Origin: Nemertoderma westbladi
Taxonomy: Eukaryota > Animalia > Xenacoelomorpha
Direction: 5' to 3'
DNA length: 64,000 nt
NCBI GenBank assembly: GCA_032718475.1
Contig: JAUCBJ010007329.1
Location: forward strand, 1-64,000
Below the pieces are notes generated by a model, which made no database searches, was not told the DNA's origin, and saw nothing but the letters and a program-made list of their open reading frames with translations. Each line of letters begins with the position of its first letter. Within the stretch, counting starts at the first letter, position 1. The translations under genes were made by a program, and so were the position numbers. Positions 13,335-26,903 of this stretch are shown here, one piece after another.

Positions 13335-16300
13335 GTATGTAACTCATATTTATCGAGAATTGACGGGATATTATTAGTAACTTGTATTTATCGAGAATTG
13401 ACTGTATATTATCTTTAACTTATATTTATCGAGAACTTCTTGGGTATTTTTTATCTATACCGTATGTTTATCGAGAATTGGCTGAATATTATTTACTAGT
13501 AACTTGTATTTATCGAGAGTTAGCTGAATAGTATTTATCACTAACTTATATTTATCAAGCATTGAAAGTATATTATTTATCAGTAACTTATATTTACCGT
13601 GATTTAAGCGGATATTGTTTATCTGTAACTCATATTTATCGAGAATTGACGGGATATTATTTATCAGTAACTTGTATTTATCGAGAGTTAGCTGAATAGT
13701 ATTTATCACTAACTTATATTTATCAAGCATTGAAAGTATATTATTTATCAGTAACTTATATTTCCCGTGATTTAAGCGGATATTATTTATCTGTAACTCA
13801 TATTTATCGAGAATTGACGGGATATTATTTATCAGTAACTTGTATTTATCGAGAGTTAGCTGAATAGTATTTATCACTAACTTATATTTATCAAGCATTG
13901 AAAGTATATTATTTATCAGTAACTTATATTTCCCGTGATTTAAGCGGATATTATTTATCTGTAACTCATATTTATCGAGAATTGACGGGATATTATCTTT
14001 AACTTATATTTATCAAGAACTTCTTGGGTATTTTTTATCTGTAACGTATATTTATCGAGAATTGGCTGAATATTATTTATCAGTAACTTGTATTTATCGA
14101 GAGTTAGCTGAATAGTATTTATCACTAACTTATATTTATCAAGCATTGAAAGTATATTATTTATCAGTAACTTATATTTACCGTGATTTAAGTGGATATT
14201 GTTTATCTGTAACTCATATTTATCGAGAATTGACGGGATATTATTTATCAGTAACTTGTATTTATCGAGAATTGACTGTATATTATCTTTAACTTATATT
14301 TATCGAGAACTTCTTGGGTATTTTTTATCTGTAACGTATATTTATCGAGAATTGGCTGAATATTATTTATCAGTAACTTGTATTTATCGAGAGTTAGCTG
14401 AATAGTATTTATCACTAACTTATATTTATCAAGCATTGAAAGTATATTATTTATCAGTAACTTATATTTACCGTGATTTAAGTGGATATTGTTTATCTGT
14501 AACTCATATTTATCGAGAATTGACGGGATATTATTTATCAGTAACTTGTATTTATCGAGAGTTAGCTGAATAGTATTTATCACTAACTTATATTTATCAA
14601 GCATTGAAAGTATATTATTTATCAGTAACTTATATTTCCCGTGATTTAAGCGGATATTATTTATCTGTAACTCATATTTATCGAGAATTGACGGGATATT
14701 ATTTATCAGTAACTTGTATTTATCGAGAGTTAGCTGAATAGTATTTATCACTAACTTATATTTATCAAGCATTGAAAGTATATTATTTATCAGTAACTTA
14801 TATTTCCCGTGATTTAAGCGGATATTATATTTCTGTAACTCATATTTATCGAGAATTGACTGTATATTATCAGTAACTTGTATTTATCGAGAATTGACTG
14901 TATATTATCAGTAACTTATATTTACCGTGATTTAAGTGGATATTATTTATCTGTAACTCATATTTATCGAGAATTGACGGGATATTATTTATCAGTAACT
15001 TGTATTTATCGAGAGTTAGCTGAATAGTATTTATCACTAACTTATATTTATCAAGCATTGAAAGTATATTATTTATCAGTAACTTATATTTCCCGTGATT
15101 TAAGTGGATATTATTTATCTGTAACTCATATTTATCGAGAATTGACGGGATATTATTTATCAGTAACTTGTATTTATCGAGAGTTAGCTGAATAGTATTT
15201 ATCACTAACTTATATTTATCAAGCATTGAAAGTATATTATTTATCAGTAACTTATATTTACCGTGATTTAAGCGGATATTATTTATCTGTAACTCATATT
15301 TATCGAGAATTGACGGGATATTATTTATCAGTAACTTGTATTTATCGAGAGTTAGCTGAATAGTATTTATCACTAACTTATATTTATCAAGCATTGAAAG
15401 TATATTATTTATCAGTAACTTATATTTCCCGTGATTTAAGTGGATATTATTTATCTGTAACTCATATTTATCGAGAATTGACGGGATATTATTTATCAGT
15501 AACTTGTATTTATCGAGAGTTAGCTGAATAGTATTTATCACTAACTTATATTTATCAAGCATTGAAAGTATATTATTTATCAGTAACTTATATTTACCGT
15601 GATTTAAGCGGATATTATTTATCTGTAACTCATATTTATCGAGAATTGACGGGATATTATTTATCAGTAACTTGTATTTATCGAGAGTTAGCTGAATAGT
15701 ATTTATCACTAACTTATATTTATCAAGCATTGAAAGTATATTATTTATCAGTAACTTATATTTACTGTGATTTAAGTGGATTTTATTTATCTGTAACTCA
15801 TATTTATCGAGAATTGACGGGATATTATTTATCAGTAACTTTTATTTATCGAGAGTTAGCTGAATAGTATTTATCACTAACTTATATTTATCAAGCATTG
15901 AAAGTATATTATTTATCAGTAACTTATATTTCCCGTGATTTAAGTGGATATTATTTATCTGTAACTCATATTTATCGAGAATTGACGGGATATTATTTAT
16001 CAGTAACTTGTATTTATCGAGAGTTAGCTGAATAGTATTTATCACTAACTTATATTTATCAAGCATTGAAAGTATATTATTTATCAGTAACTTATATTTA
16101 CCGTGATTTAAGCGGATATTATTTATCTGTAACTCATATTTATCGAGAATTGACGGGATATTATTTATCAGTAACTTGTATTTATCGAGAGTTAGCTGAA
16201 TAGTATTTATCACTAACTTATATTTATCAAGCATTGAAAGTATATTATTTATCAGTAACTTATATTTACTGTGATTTAAGTGGATTTTATTTATCTGTAA

Positions 16301-16710
16301 CTCATATTTATCGAGAATTGACGGGATATTATTTATCAGTAACTTTTATTTATCGAGAGTTAGCTGAATAGTATTTATCACTAACTTATATTTATCAAGC
16401 ATTGAAAGTATATTATTTATCAGTAACTTATATTTACTGTGATTTAAGTGGATTTTATTTATCTGTAACTCATATTTATCGAGAATTGACGGGATATTAT
16501 TTATCAGTAACTTGTATTTATCAAGAATTGAACTTATATTCTTTATCGGAAACTTATATTTATCAAGAATTGGCAGAATGTTATTTATCAGTAACTTATA
16601 CATTTATCGAGAATTGGCTGGAAATTTTTTATCGGAAACTTATACTGTATTTATCGAGAACTAACTGCATTATTATATTTCAGTAACTTATATTTGTCGG
16701 AAATAGACTG
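13335..16710. repeat. Satellite with 42-bp monomer and 168-bp (4-mer) higher-order repeat
   Basis: Monomer approx TATTTATCGAGAATTGACGGGATATTATTTATCAGTAACTTG. Four variants recur in fixed order, giving a 56-aa period in the ORF track. Confidence 0.95.
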
Positions 16711-16788
16711 GGTTGGGTTTATTTATCTTCAACTTATTGGTAATTGCCGGGTTAATATATACTGTACCAGTAACTTGTAATAAAAAGA

Positions 16789-16977
16789 AAATTGAAGTAA
16801 ATAATAAAGAGACCAATATTCCGCTGTTTTTAAAAATAAATATTTATTTTGCAAATTTTCGAGTTGGCATTATTCTGAAAAGCTTCGAAAACCTTGTCCA
16901 ACTCGAAAATTTGCGAAATAAATATATCTGTTTTAAAAACAGCGGGATATTTGTCTCTTTATTATTTACGTCAATTT
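16789..16977. repeat. ~190-bp foldback (inverted repeat), MITE-like
   Basis: AAATTGAAGTAAATAATAAAGAGAC...TTTTCGAGTTGG pairs with CCAACTCGAAAA...GTCTCTTTATTATTTACGTCAATTT; loop ~30 nt. Confidence 0.8.
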
Positions 16978-17195
16978 AAAATTATTATTATTAATTGACC
17001 GGATCACGCACCCTGCTGTTGTATTTATCTACTTGAGTTTTATAATTTATACAATACCAGTAACTTATATATATATATGGAGATATTAGGTATTATATGA
17101 GGATATTTATTGTCATAATTTAACTGGATAACAATTATTAGGAGCCCGCTCAAAGAACAGGGATAGTTACTGTCAGAAAAAATTGTCAGTGAGGG

Positions 17196-17271
17196 ATATA
17201 CTGTATATACTGTATATACTGTATATACTGTATATACTGTATATACTGTATATACTGTATATACTGTATAT
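17196..17271. repeat. (ATATACTGT)n microsatellite, ~8 copies
   Basis: Directly visible 9-bp tandem repeat. Confidence 0.95.
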
Positions 17272-17840
17272 AGCTATCCATCCATCCATATGCTACTGTA
17301 TCTACCCAAATACCGGAAATGCAGTTTCGTACACTTCCTACCTAGCTTTTTTGATTAACTTGTGCAAGTATATTGCTTTGGGGGTTCATAATCGCGTTAC
17401 AAAATTTCAGATCGATTCTATGTGTGGTATTCGATATATTTCGTTTTTTGATATTATTTTGTCGCGAAATTAAATGACAACTGTGGCAAAGGGATACATA
17501 GAGTTGGCTTTAGGGGCATTATTAGGCGCGCAAGACCCATTAGAATGCAGCCCTATTAATTATTAATTAACGGCCCTGTGCTTATAATAATTAAATCAGC
17601 TGGTCTACCATTTAACATCAGTGAGTAACATTATAGATATTCCTATAGAATTCACTGGGAAGAGATATTCATTCAGCTGACCGGGTAATACAGTACATTA
17701 TAATTACTAAGACTTGGCAAGTAAAATACTTCTCTGCAGTTTGGGGGTATCCGCACCAGCTGGTATTTCTATCATTGAGCCTATGGCAATTTCAAAATCT
17801 ATAGTCATGGGGCTATTTTTTTAAATAAAAAAAATACACT

Positions 17841-19623
17841 TTAATAATTTTTTCGAAACATTTTTCCGTATCCTGGGCTTGAACTGCGTCGATTGATATA
17901 ACTTTCATTGACGGACGAGCTATTACTTCGGAGGAGCTCACCTTATACGCAATAAAGATACCGTAGTCGGAATTTCTTCATCAGTCTCAAAGTTTGGATA
18001 AATTTCCTGTTTTAAAGAATGGAATGGACAGCAAAGTTGAGTCTGAATGGTCATATGCATGGCGCCTCCATCAGTACTATATAAATTTAAATATAACTTC
18101 AGAATTAATATACTTCGCGATACGCATTGGCCTACACACAAACACTTAATATCGATAACCTTATATATACGCTGGCTTGGCTTAGTGATTTTCAATGGAT
18201 ATTCTAATATTGTGACTAAGCAATATCAGCGTTAACAAATCGAAGTAAACCAAGTTTGGACAGCTGTTATTACTAGTAAATCTAATAAATAATATCAAGA
18301 ATCAAGTTCAACAAATTTAAATTTTGTGCAAACATCGCAAATTTGGCGGTTGATTTTGTTGAAGTCTTTTAAGTAATAACTATTTACATACTTGTGCGTG
18401 TAAAGTAGCACTTTACAGTGTGATGATCCGAGTGGCTTTGTTAGATGAACGAACGTTAGTGAGTGAGTGAAAATAAAGCCACGAGGATCAGAACACTGTA
18501 AAGTACTTCGCAACAAGTATGTATGTAGTTTTATTCCAAAATGTTAACTTTACGAAATGATTGTATATATTATTATAATTAATAGAAACTGCACAAATTA
18601 AATTAGTTGCTGTATAAATAAATGTAAAAATGACATAAATTATGTTATAATTAAATTAGCTTATATTTATGGTGGCGTTTGGAGCCATGTTATAATAATA
18701 TAGCTAGGCCCTACTGGTTATTAATAGCTATACCCCGGCCTACCGGTAGGTAAGGCAGTAGGATTATCTGGCTGTCAGGCAATAAATATTAAATACCACC
18801 TATTGTTTACATGGTAACCAATGACGACGTTAAGTAATGTCCACTAAGGGGACATTACTTAACGGATAACACCAAATACAATACTAAATGTAGAGGCCAA
18901 TACAATGCTGTAATGTCCTCTAAAGTTGTAAAGTGCTAAATAACAACTCGCTGTTAATACTATTGGCGTTAATTAATGTTACAATATTGGAATAAAATAT
19001 ACTGTATTACACATTGATATGACATGTACAGGTTTTTTTACATCATTGGTATTTTATTATTTTATTAAAGTTGCGACTTTAAATATTTTAGCCGTGACTT
19101 TATAATCAAAGCTTTTTTTTAGATAGGACTAAATTCTATAGAGTCGTCAACAATATTGGTAATGTTTATTTTCAATAAATTTCCCCCAATAATAATTATA
19201 CGAAGAAGAGGTTTAACATTAGTAGGCCTATTCATATATTAAACGTCTATGTCTTTGCAACTACTGTAGTTCATGGATTTCTTAAAAGCATTCAATATGG
19301 CACATAATCACAATCATTAATTAGTTTATTATCATAATTATAAATTATTCTAAATCCTTAATCCTTGCAATAAGTTTCCTTTTCCAGAAAATAGAGAGGT
19401 CATTCTGTATTTCAAATTTCGCGCAATCTCAAATTTCATTTTGTACATATACTGCTATAACGTAAATGTATTTTGCTACAAGCGTTTTAAAAATTTGTCA
19501 CCAATATCTTACCCATTATTATTGCACACTGCTGCTATTCTTGGTCTTTTCGAGGTCAAAACTTTAAACCTCTGTAAATACGTACATACATAAAACCATT
19601 AAGCCATGTCCCGGAATGCAGTG
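17841..19623 (+). repeat. Older, diverged partial copy of the tandem-array unit (equivalent to 838-2787)
   Basis: Collinear with copy A, with many substitutions and an internal ~180-bp deletion at 17948 (CCTTATAC|GCAATAAAG). Confidence 0.9.
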
Positions 19624-21907
19624 CAATGCAGGGGGGGGGGGGGGGGGGGGGGTGGGAGGGGTGTCCTATTGACCCCCCCCCCCCCCAAACATTTTGTTGA
19701 CAAATATTAACGAAAACATCTGATTTTTTGTTTGTACGTAGGATTCACTATTCTGTATCAGAACTAAAAAAAAATTGAAAAAATTTACTGGTGTGGTTAT
19801 TTTTCAGCACCAAAATTTAAAGTAGTGAACAATTATAAAAAAATTTAAAAGTTACAATTTTCAGCTAATCCTTTTTCAATACTGGTTCTCTGGGGAGTTT
19901 GTTTCCACTGGAAAATATTTAAAAATGATCTGATTGCTATAATTGGCGGCTTTAGTAATCTTCGTTGAGAAAAAATGAAAAAAACAAGTAACCAGCACTT
20001 TTCAGATTGAACAAAAATTTTTTAATTCATTTATGTCCTGTGGATTTTATTAAAACCGACCAGGTTTGTTTAAAATATTAGACTTAAAAAAATAATTAAT
20101 TCCATAAAATAAATACTGTACTAATAAAATAACAAATCTCGTGGCTCGCCCCACACTATTATTATTTGTGACAGTACAGATATTATTAATTATAGTTATA
20201 TTATTTTAGTTTACTAAAGTAGATTTATTTCAATATTGTGCAATATTATTGTTGTATCAAATCTTAACCGATTGTATAATTATAAATAAAATAACAAATG
20301 GCTATAAACTAAATGTCATAAAGGGAGTCAAATTAGAATGCCAGTTGTAAGGTGGAGTTGTGATGGGGCAGCGATTTACAGGCCAGCCGTGCGAATAACC
20401 ATATATTCATATATGCAGGTTTCCTGCAGAACTTGCAGACGGATGATGGGGTGACCTTCAAGCACCGATGATTGGTGCATAGTTTGTGGTGCTAACCGTC
20501 CGATAAAAAATAAGCAAAACATTTTCCGGTTCGATGATGATTCAAATGAAATACATTTCTAAGGATCCAGATCATTGCAACTCGTATTATTTGGCGTAAT
20601 GTAGCAAATTTTGGTGTAAGCATCAAATATCGTACCCATTACCAAAAAGTACAAGTTTGAGATGTCCAGTGCTGTTTTTATTCATTCCATCGGATTCAGA
20701 ACCGTCATAAACCATTATAACGCTAGAATAACTGATATATATATATATAACCGTATATGTAACTGACTCGATCGAAACATTGGTACACACAAACAGATAT
20801 ACATACCTGCATTCTCCCGACTTAGTACCAGCTCTTAGAGCCTAGCAATAGAGCAAGTTCGACACAACCGCACGGAACGGCTGTGCGTGCAAGTGCGCTC
20901 CAGTCGAGGACGAATCCCACTTCGTTCATAAATGCCCAAACTATTCCGATTACCCCCGTAGTTTGTATAATGTCGATATAACCTATGCGACGATATGATG
21001 GACAAGCCAGGATTTATATCTCGCCTTCTAAAACTTCGGAAAGAAGTTAAATAAAGTGCATTTGAAAACCGTCTTTCCAACACGCGAACTATCCTGCATG
21101 TTTTTGTATGTAATTTGTTATATATTTTAATATGTAATTTGTTGTAAATAAACTAGATTTTGTTGTGTTTTAAAAGGCGCAATTACCAAGACCATGTGAT
21201 ATTTGTAATTTGTATAACCACAGGGCAGGGGCGCACAACAAATGTTTGTCACATGAGTCATATATTCAATTTGTTTGCTGCTAAGAATCAAGGCATACAA
21301 TTACACAACGAATACAAATAAGGGCATGCAATGAAAAATAAACAACTGCGTTAATATATTGTTATATTAAATTACATATAACAATCCCATATAGGGGAGA
21401 GTTTTTAAATGGTGTTACAAGAGGTGTAGTTTAGGATTGCTATATCCAAGGTCTTGGGGAAGGTCCCAAGCAGCAAAGGGCGCACATTATGTGAATCGAA
21501 ATGATGACTCTGCGATGTCGATAGACATGTATTGTTTCCCATAGCAACCGAGTTGACAGCGTCAAGGCCTGAAAAACAAAAATTATGTTATGAATTTCTC
21601 GCGGTTTACTTGTCTGGCTTGTATATAGGCCTCTACTGCATACCTGTCCAAATATATAAAATTATCTACTTAAAAAGTCTGAGTTTGTCTGTGAGGAAAT
21701 TGATGCTACAAATGTTACAATTAATCTTCACGCTGGAAGAAGGAGCTAACCAACTTCCAATGTGGCACCGGAATCTCCAGCTGATAGTCTGAATGGTTGA
21801 AAGGCGCACTTTAAGAAACTGCTGAGTAGCAATATAGAATATCACACTCAAAAATATTGTAGGTATTATCCAAACAAATTCGAGCCAAGAACTAAAAAAT
21901 TTATAAA

Positions 21908-21947
<40 letters not shown>

Positions 21948-22403
21948 GGCGGGACCAGCCATGGCGCATCTCTGTCTTGCATCCTTAAGTGGTAGATCCT
22001 GAAGTGGATTCCTGAAGTGCTAAATGAGTACTGGAGTTTCCTCTGGGGAGGAAAGTTCTGGGGGGACCGCACTGGAAATAAGTCGTCAGACTTTGTGCGT
22101 AATCCCTGGCCTAGCGGCCGAAGAAAATTTACTTTTTTTTTACTTTTTACTTTCGCAGGGTACTTATCTTTACATGACTTGCTGATAAATATAACACACC
22201 AAAAGTGTGGGCTTAGTGCAAAGATAAAATATTTCTGATCTAGATTTAGACTTTCTGAGAAAGTAATGTTCTTCGATAAGAGAACAGTCCCAGAAAGAAG
22301 CACTTTTTGTCGCTAATTTTAATTTACCCCAATTCAATTGTGCTGTCCAAGAGTTTTATGTTTTGCAGGAATTGCACCTAAAAGGCCATCGAATGCAAAA
22401 TTC

Positions 22404-22732
22404 GGCCCATGTGAAGAATACCAGAGTTTCTGCCGTTATATTTCACTTTGCAGTTACCCCCATGCGAAGAATACCAGACTTTCTGCCGTTATATTTCACT
22501 TTGCAGTTACCCCCATGTGAAGAATACCAGGTTTTCACCAAAACCACAGGTTACAGAAGGGCTGAATCTAACCAAAACAATAAACGATTACTATCTGTAC
22601 AGGTTATAAGATTAAAATAACGCTATAAAACACTTAATAGAGATAAATTAAAAAAAATAAAAAATCTTCATATATGAAATTCCAATAAAAAGTCGACCGA
22701 AAAGTGAGATCCTGGTATTCTTCACATGGGCG
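22404..22732. mobile_element. MITE (Mutator-like) with tandemly expanded left end
   Basis: TIR GCCCATGTGAAGAATACCAG / CTGGTATTCTTCACATGGGC. Flanking duplication (G)CAAAATTC at 22395-22403 and 22732-22740. A 53-bp unit starts at 22407, 22460 and 22513. Confidence 0.8.
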
Positions 22733-23644
22733 CAAAATTCAATACACGAGGGCAGAACATCTGAATTTCGGTTAAATTAAATTACAGTAGTGACAATAAA
22801 TTATTTCTGACACGTTTTTTTTTTATCAACAACTAATTTATCCTTTTTTTTTTTTAATCTATTAGGGCCTATATTTATAAAACTAGTTTCCGGTAAAAAA
22901 AATTTAATTTCGCACTACCATATCTCCACGCCATTCATTTAGGCCTACTATGTTCAGTATTTCCAGTATGTCATCATTTGGTTGTTCTAGAAAGTTTAAG
23001 AGCATAACTACAAATAATTGCCCACAAATAAATAAAATAAAATTATACATTGTTCATAATTAGCACTTTAAAGTTTTACTGCCCATCCTTTTATTATTTC
23101 CCTGCCATCAGGTCTCGAACTAATAACACAGCACCTGTCGGTCGACTGAGCTAGAATTTTGCACTTTCTGTCACAAATTTAGGGATAGAAAGTAGTCGAA
23201 AGATGCACTTTCTTGCTCTGTTTCCGGACTTTTCAGATAAAAATATTTTTTTCACAGGAATGACTCGCTGAGAAAAAATGGCCCGGATTTTCGGCTGGCC
23301 CTAAGGCACGTGCCTTATATGCCTTAAGGTTAATCCGGCACTGCCCCCCCCCCCCCCCCCCCCCTCCGGGCCATTAAGTAGTAAAATAGCCGGGCTAGAT
23401 AGGAGGGTTTATTGATAATAAAATATGGTTACTTCTACGCGACCAATCCAGTTTCCCCCCTGTCTCCATAGAAAACTTTTGAACCTCGATCTTGGATACA
23501 AGGCAAGTCAGCTGCTGACATATTCTGAATCCGAAAGTGCAAGCATTACTACAATCAAGGAATTAAAGGGCCGTGAAAAAAAATAATCATAGTGTTATCG
23601 AGAAAGATCGACAACATTAAACGTTTGAATTGGAATTGTAGAAT

Positions 23645-23815
<171 letters not shown>

Positions 23816-24797
23816 TTAATAAATGAGTAAAAATAAATTATAAAAGCAAATAACGTATTCACATGTGAAGTACCTTGTCGCACCTAAGTAGGCCTACTGA
23901 ATGTAGACCTAATAGGCCTACTGTAAATTATGTATGTAGGGGGGGGGGGGGGGGGGGGGGGGGGGCTATGTAGTTTTACTACTAGTTACTGTGATACAAA
24001 AATTAAAAAATAATTTGATTTTTTAGTGAATTTCTGAAATTTAAAATTTGAACCCCATGCGAAAGTCAAATTAGTAACTCGTTTGCGCCCTTCATCTTAA
24101 AAACTTCAAAAACAAAACACAGTTAAATGTTATTGCGCAATAATATGTCTTAATTTACAGTTTCCGGTATATTAAGTTTCCAGAAACTCGATAAGTCTGT
24201 CACACAGTTAGTTTATGGATGAGTTCTAGAAACTAAATTAAAAAAATAAAAATAAAAATAAATTTAGACCATTACATATTACATTCTATTTATACATACG
24301 TATTGACTTATTAGGTGTAAACTTATATTCGAGAAGTCCCTGGTTTATGGTAAAGATTGAATATCAGTAAGATTGGTTTGAGATGTCGTCGAGGAAACCA
24401 TTTCACTCATACGACAAGTAACGCATGGAGACAAGGGAGGGGGGGGGGGGGGGGGGGTGAATCAAATCCTTTCCCTGAGAAATAACATTTCGAAATAACT
24501 AACCAATATAATAAACGAAAGTCTATAGCATAGCTTACACTATAAATTTTCGATTGTATTTACCCTGTTGTATCTGGAGTCCAAATCATATCTAATGAAA
24601 ACGACAAAAAGATGTCGTTTTCTTTAATATTTATTCACGCCATGTACTGTATATTACATTATTATAGATTTTTGCTATTTTGTATAGCATATAATAGTCG
24701 TTATAGCTTTTTAAGTAATTTTGGGAATAAATGTAATAATAACACCGCTCCCGCAGTAACATTTCCGTTTTAAAATATGCTGTACTGTAACAACTTA

Positions 24798-25076
<279 letters not shown>

Positions 25077-25469
25077 TCACCACAAGGGAGTTAGTATTAA
25101 ATAAGATAGGTTCTCGGGAGAAGACGGTATATAACATAGTAAACAATTGACCGAACGATGAGTATGGACTACAGTACGAAGGATTGCGAACCAAGAAGAT
25201 TTTCGTGTTTACGCGGAGAAATTCGATAATTTTATTCGAGGAAGATCGATCTTCCTTCCACAATGCGTTTAGATGAACCTGAGATACTGGGTGGAGTGGA
25301 TGAAAAAGTTGAAACAATCGGTCAACAGCCTAGCTGGTTGGTCGAACAGGATGGGCCGCTCAAGACCAATGTCAACCAAACAGAACGGAGGGATATGGAA
25401 GGATTCTCGGGGAATATCGGTCACTCCTCGAGGAGTTTAACCAAGGCGTTATGAGCCTTGAGTTTGACC

Positions 25470-25853
25470 GGTTGGGTGCAATCTTCGCCCTCATCCAACC
25501 TTCGCCCGCGTCCATTCTTCGCCCTCGTCCAAACTTCACCCGGGGGAATCCTTCGCCCGCAAGGCAATCTTCGCCCGCGAGCAACCTTCGCCAAATAAGA
25601 TTTATGTTAGTAACCATTTTAATTACTAAATGAGGGAAAGGAGCAGGTTACAGAGACGGCGTTTTCTAACCAAAACAATAAACGATGTTGTTAACAATTC
25701 AGGGAAAGAAGCAGGTTACATAGACGGCTCTTTCTAAACAAAACAATAATTGTTTAGTGGGCGAAGGTTGCCTGCGGGCGAAGGTTTCCGCTGGGTGATA
25801 GTTGCTCATTTTGAGGGTGAATATTGCTCACGCGCGAAGTTTGCTGCGATTTC
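25470..25853. mobile_element. Mutator-like MITE in NK1 intron 1
   Basis: 9-bp TSD AGTTTGACC at 25461-25469 and 25854-25862. Inverted arrays of CTTCGCCC / GGGCGAAG subterminal motifs. Confidence 0.75.
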
Positions 25854-26358
25854 AGTTTGACCCACCATTTTAATAATAAATATTTTCCTTTTTTCGAATA
25901 AAATTAGATATTATCCTATAAGTCATAATCTAGCATTTAATTAAATTGCCTCGCACTGACATATTAATAAAGTGCTAATTACAAGTCATGAAGTAAAGTT
26001 AAGTTGTTGTTATTTTAATTAAAATTGTTTTGTACGCAAATAAATCAAGCAAAAAATCCGTAAAACTGTCATAAGGATAAAAATCACTTTCAGAAGAAAA
26101 TCAATTGGAATACCGTTGGAAATACCGTATGTATTAACGATACATAACAAACTGTTTTATAAACAATCACTCTGAATTTGCTTCAGGTAGGCCTACTGAC
26201 TAAACTTTTGCACCCTGAAATATGTCAAATAATTTTGGTGGATAAATTAAGTTACTTGTATTGTCAGCTACCGTTTCCAGGAACCCGTCACGAATTATTA
26301 CTAATTTTAAATTTTATTATTAATTATTACACATATAATTAAGGATTAATTCGCTTAC

Positions 26359-26674
26359 CTGAGAGCACGTGACTGATGAAATTTTCTCGTTTGGAATCAT
26401 TCTGCCGGAGTATACATCCAGCAGCGTTATGATGGAGTAAGCGACCACCAGAACCTGACAGACTATCACGTGATATTCGAGTAGGATTACCAGAACTGGG
26501 CATTCTGTCATGTAGAGTTGGACCATCACTTCTGGACAGATTGTCTTGTAGAATTCTCTCAACACTAAACGACAGAACTGGTTCATCCTCACCGCAGCTT
26601 AAACAATTACTACTGCCTTTGCTTGTTTGAACAACACTAGCTGGCGGCGATGTGTCAACGTTTTTAGACATCAT
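26359..26674 (-). CDS. NK1: NK1 homeobox gene exon 1 with eh1 (Groucho-binding) motif
   Basis: Starts MMSKNVD...; contains LSFSVERIL, fitting eh1 FSIxxIL. The donor CAG|GTAAGC at 26358 is phase 1 and in frame with exon 2. Confidence 0.85.
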
Positions 26675-26845
26675 TTTGGAAACTAATTTTGAGTTTCTCT
26701 CTACAGTCTAAGGGAAAAGATAAAGATCAGTTTGGTGATTTAATCGTTACCTTTTTAGCTCACTTATCGACATGTTAATAACAATTAACTTTTGACCACT
26801 AAAAACAACCTCTTATCATCCAAATCACAGTTTTATTTTGACAAG

Positions 26846-26903
26846 CCAATCAGCGTCCAGATACTGTAAGGGCAGTAATTGCTTTATGTGTTGCATAGCC
26901 AAT
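26846..26903. promoter_or_regulatory. Two CCAAT boxes upstream of the NK1 ATG
   Basis: AGCCAATCAG at 26844 and AGCCAATCG at 26897, 170-230 bp upstream of the ATG. Motif match only. Confidence 0.3.

Noticed and set aside
13455-16603. Long repetitive ORFs (LDKYKLLINNI...) as a coiled-coil or LRR protein
   Set aside because: A 42-bp monomer easily leaves one frame open. Indels and stops break the frame, and there are no unique termini.
13335-16710. CRISPR-like array
   Set aside because: No unique spacers and no cas genes; the context is eukaryotic.
17700-17820. Minus-strand MTIDFEIAI resembling a MULE DFE motif
   Set aside because: Too short, followed by a stop, and no other convincing motif.
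20330-21083. Moderately GC-rich stretches with splice-like sites as further NK1 exons or another gene
   Set aside because: No frame gave a recognisable or sustained peptide; may be UTR or TE debris.
23295-23405. hAT-like (AATCCGGCACTG) and piggyBac-like right ends
   Set aside because: No matching left TIR or TSD was found in the window.
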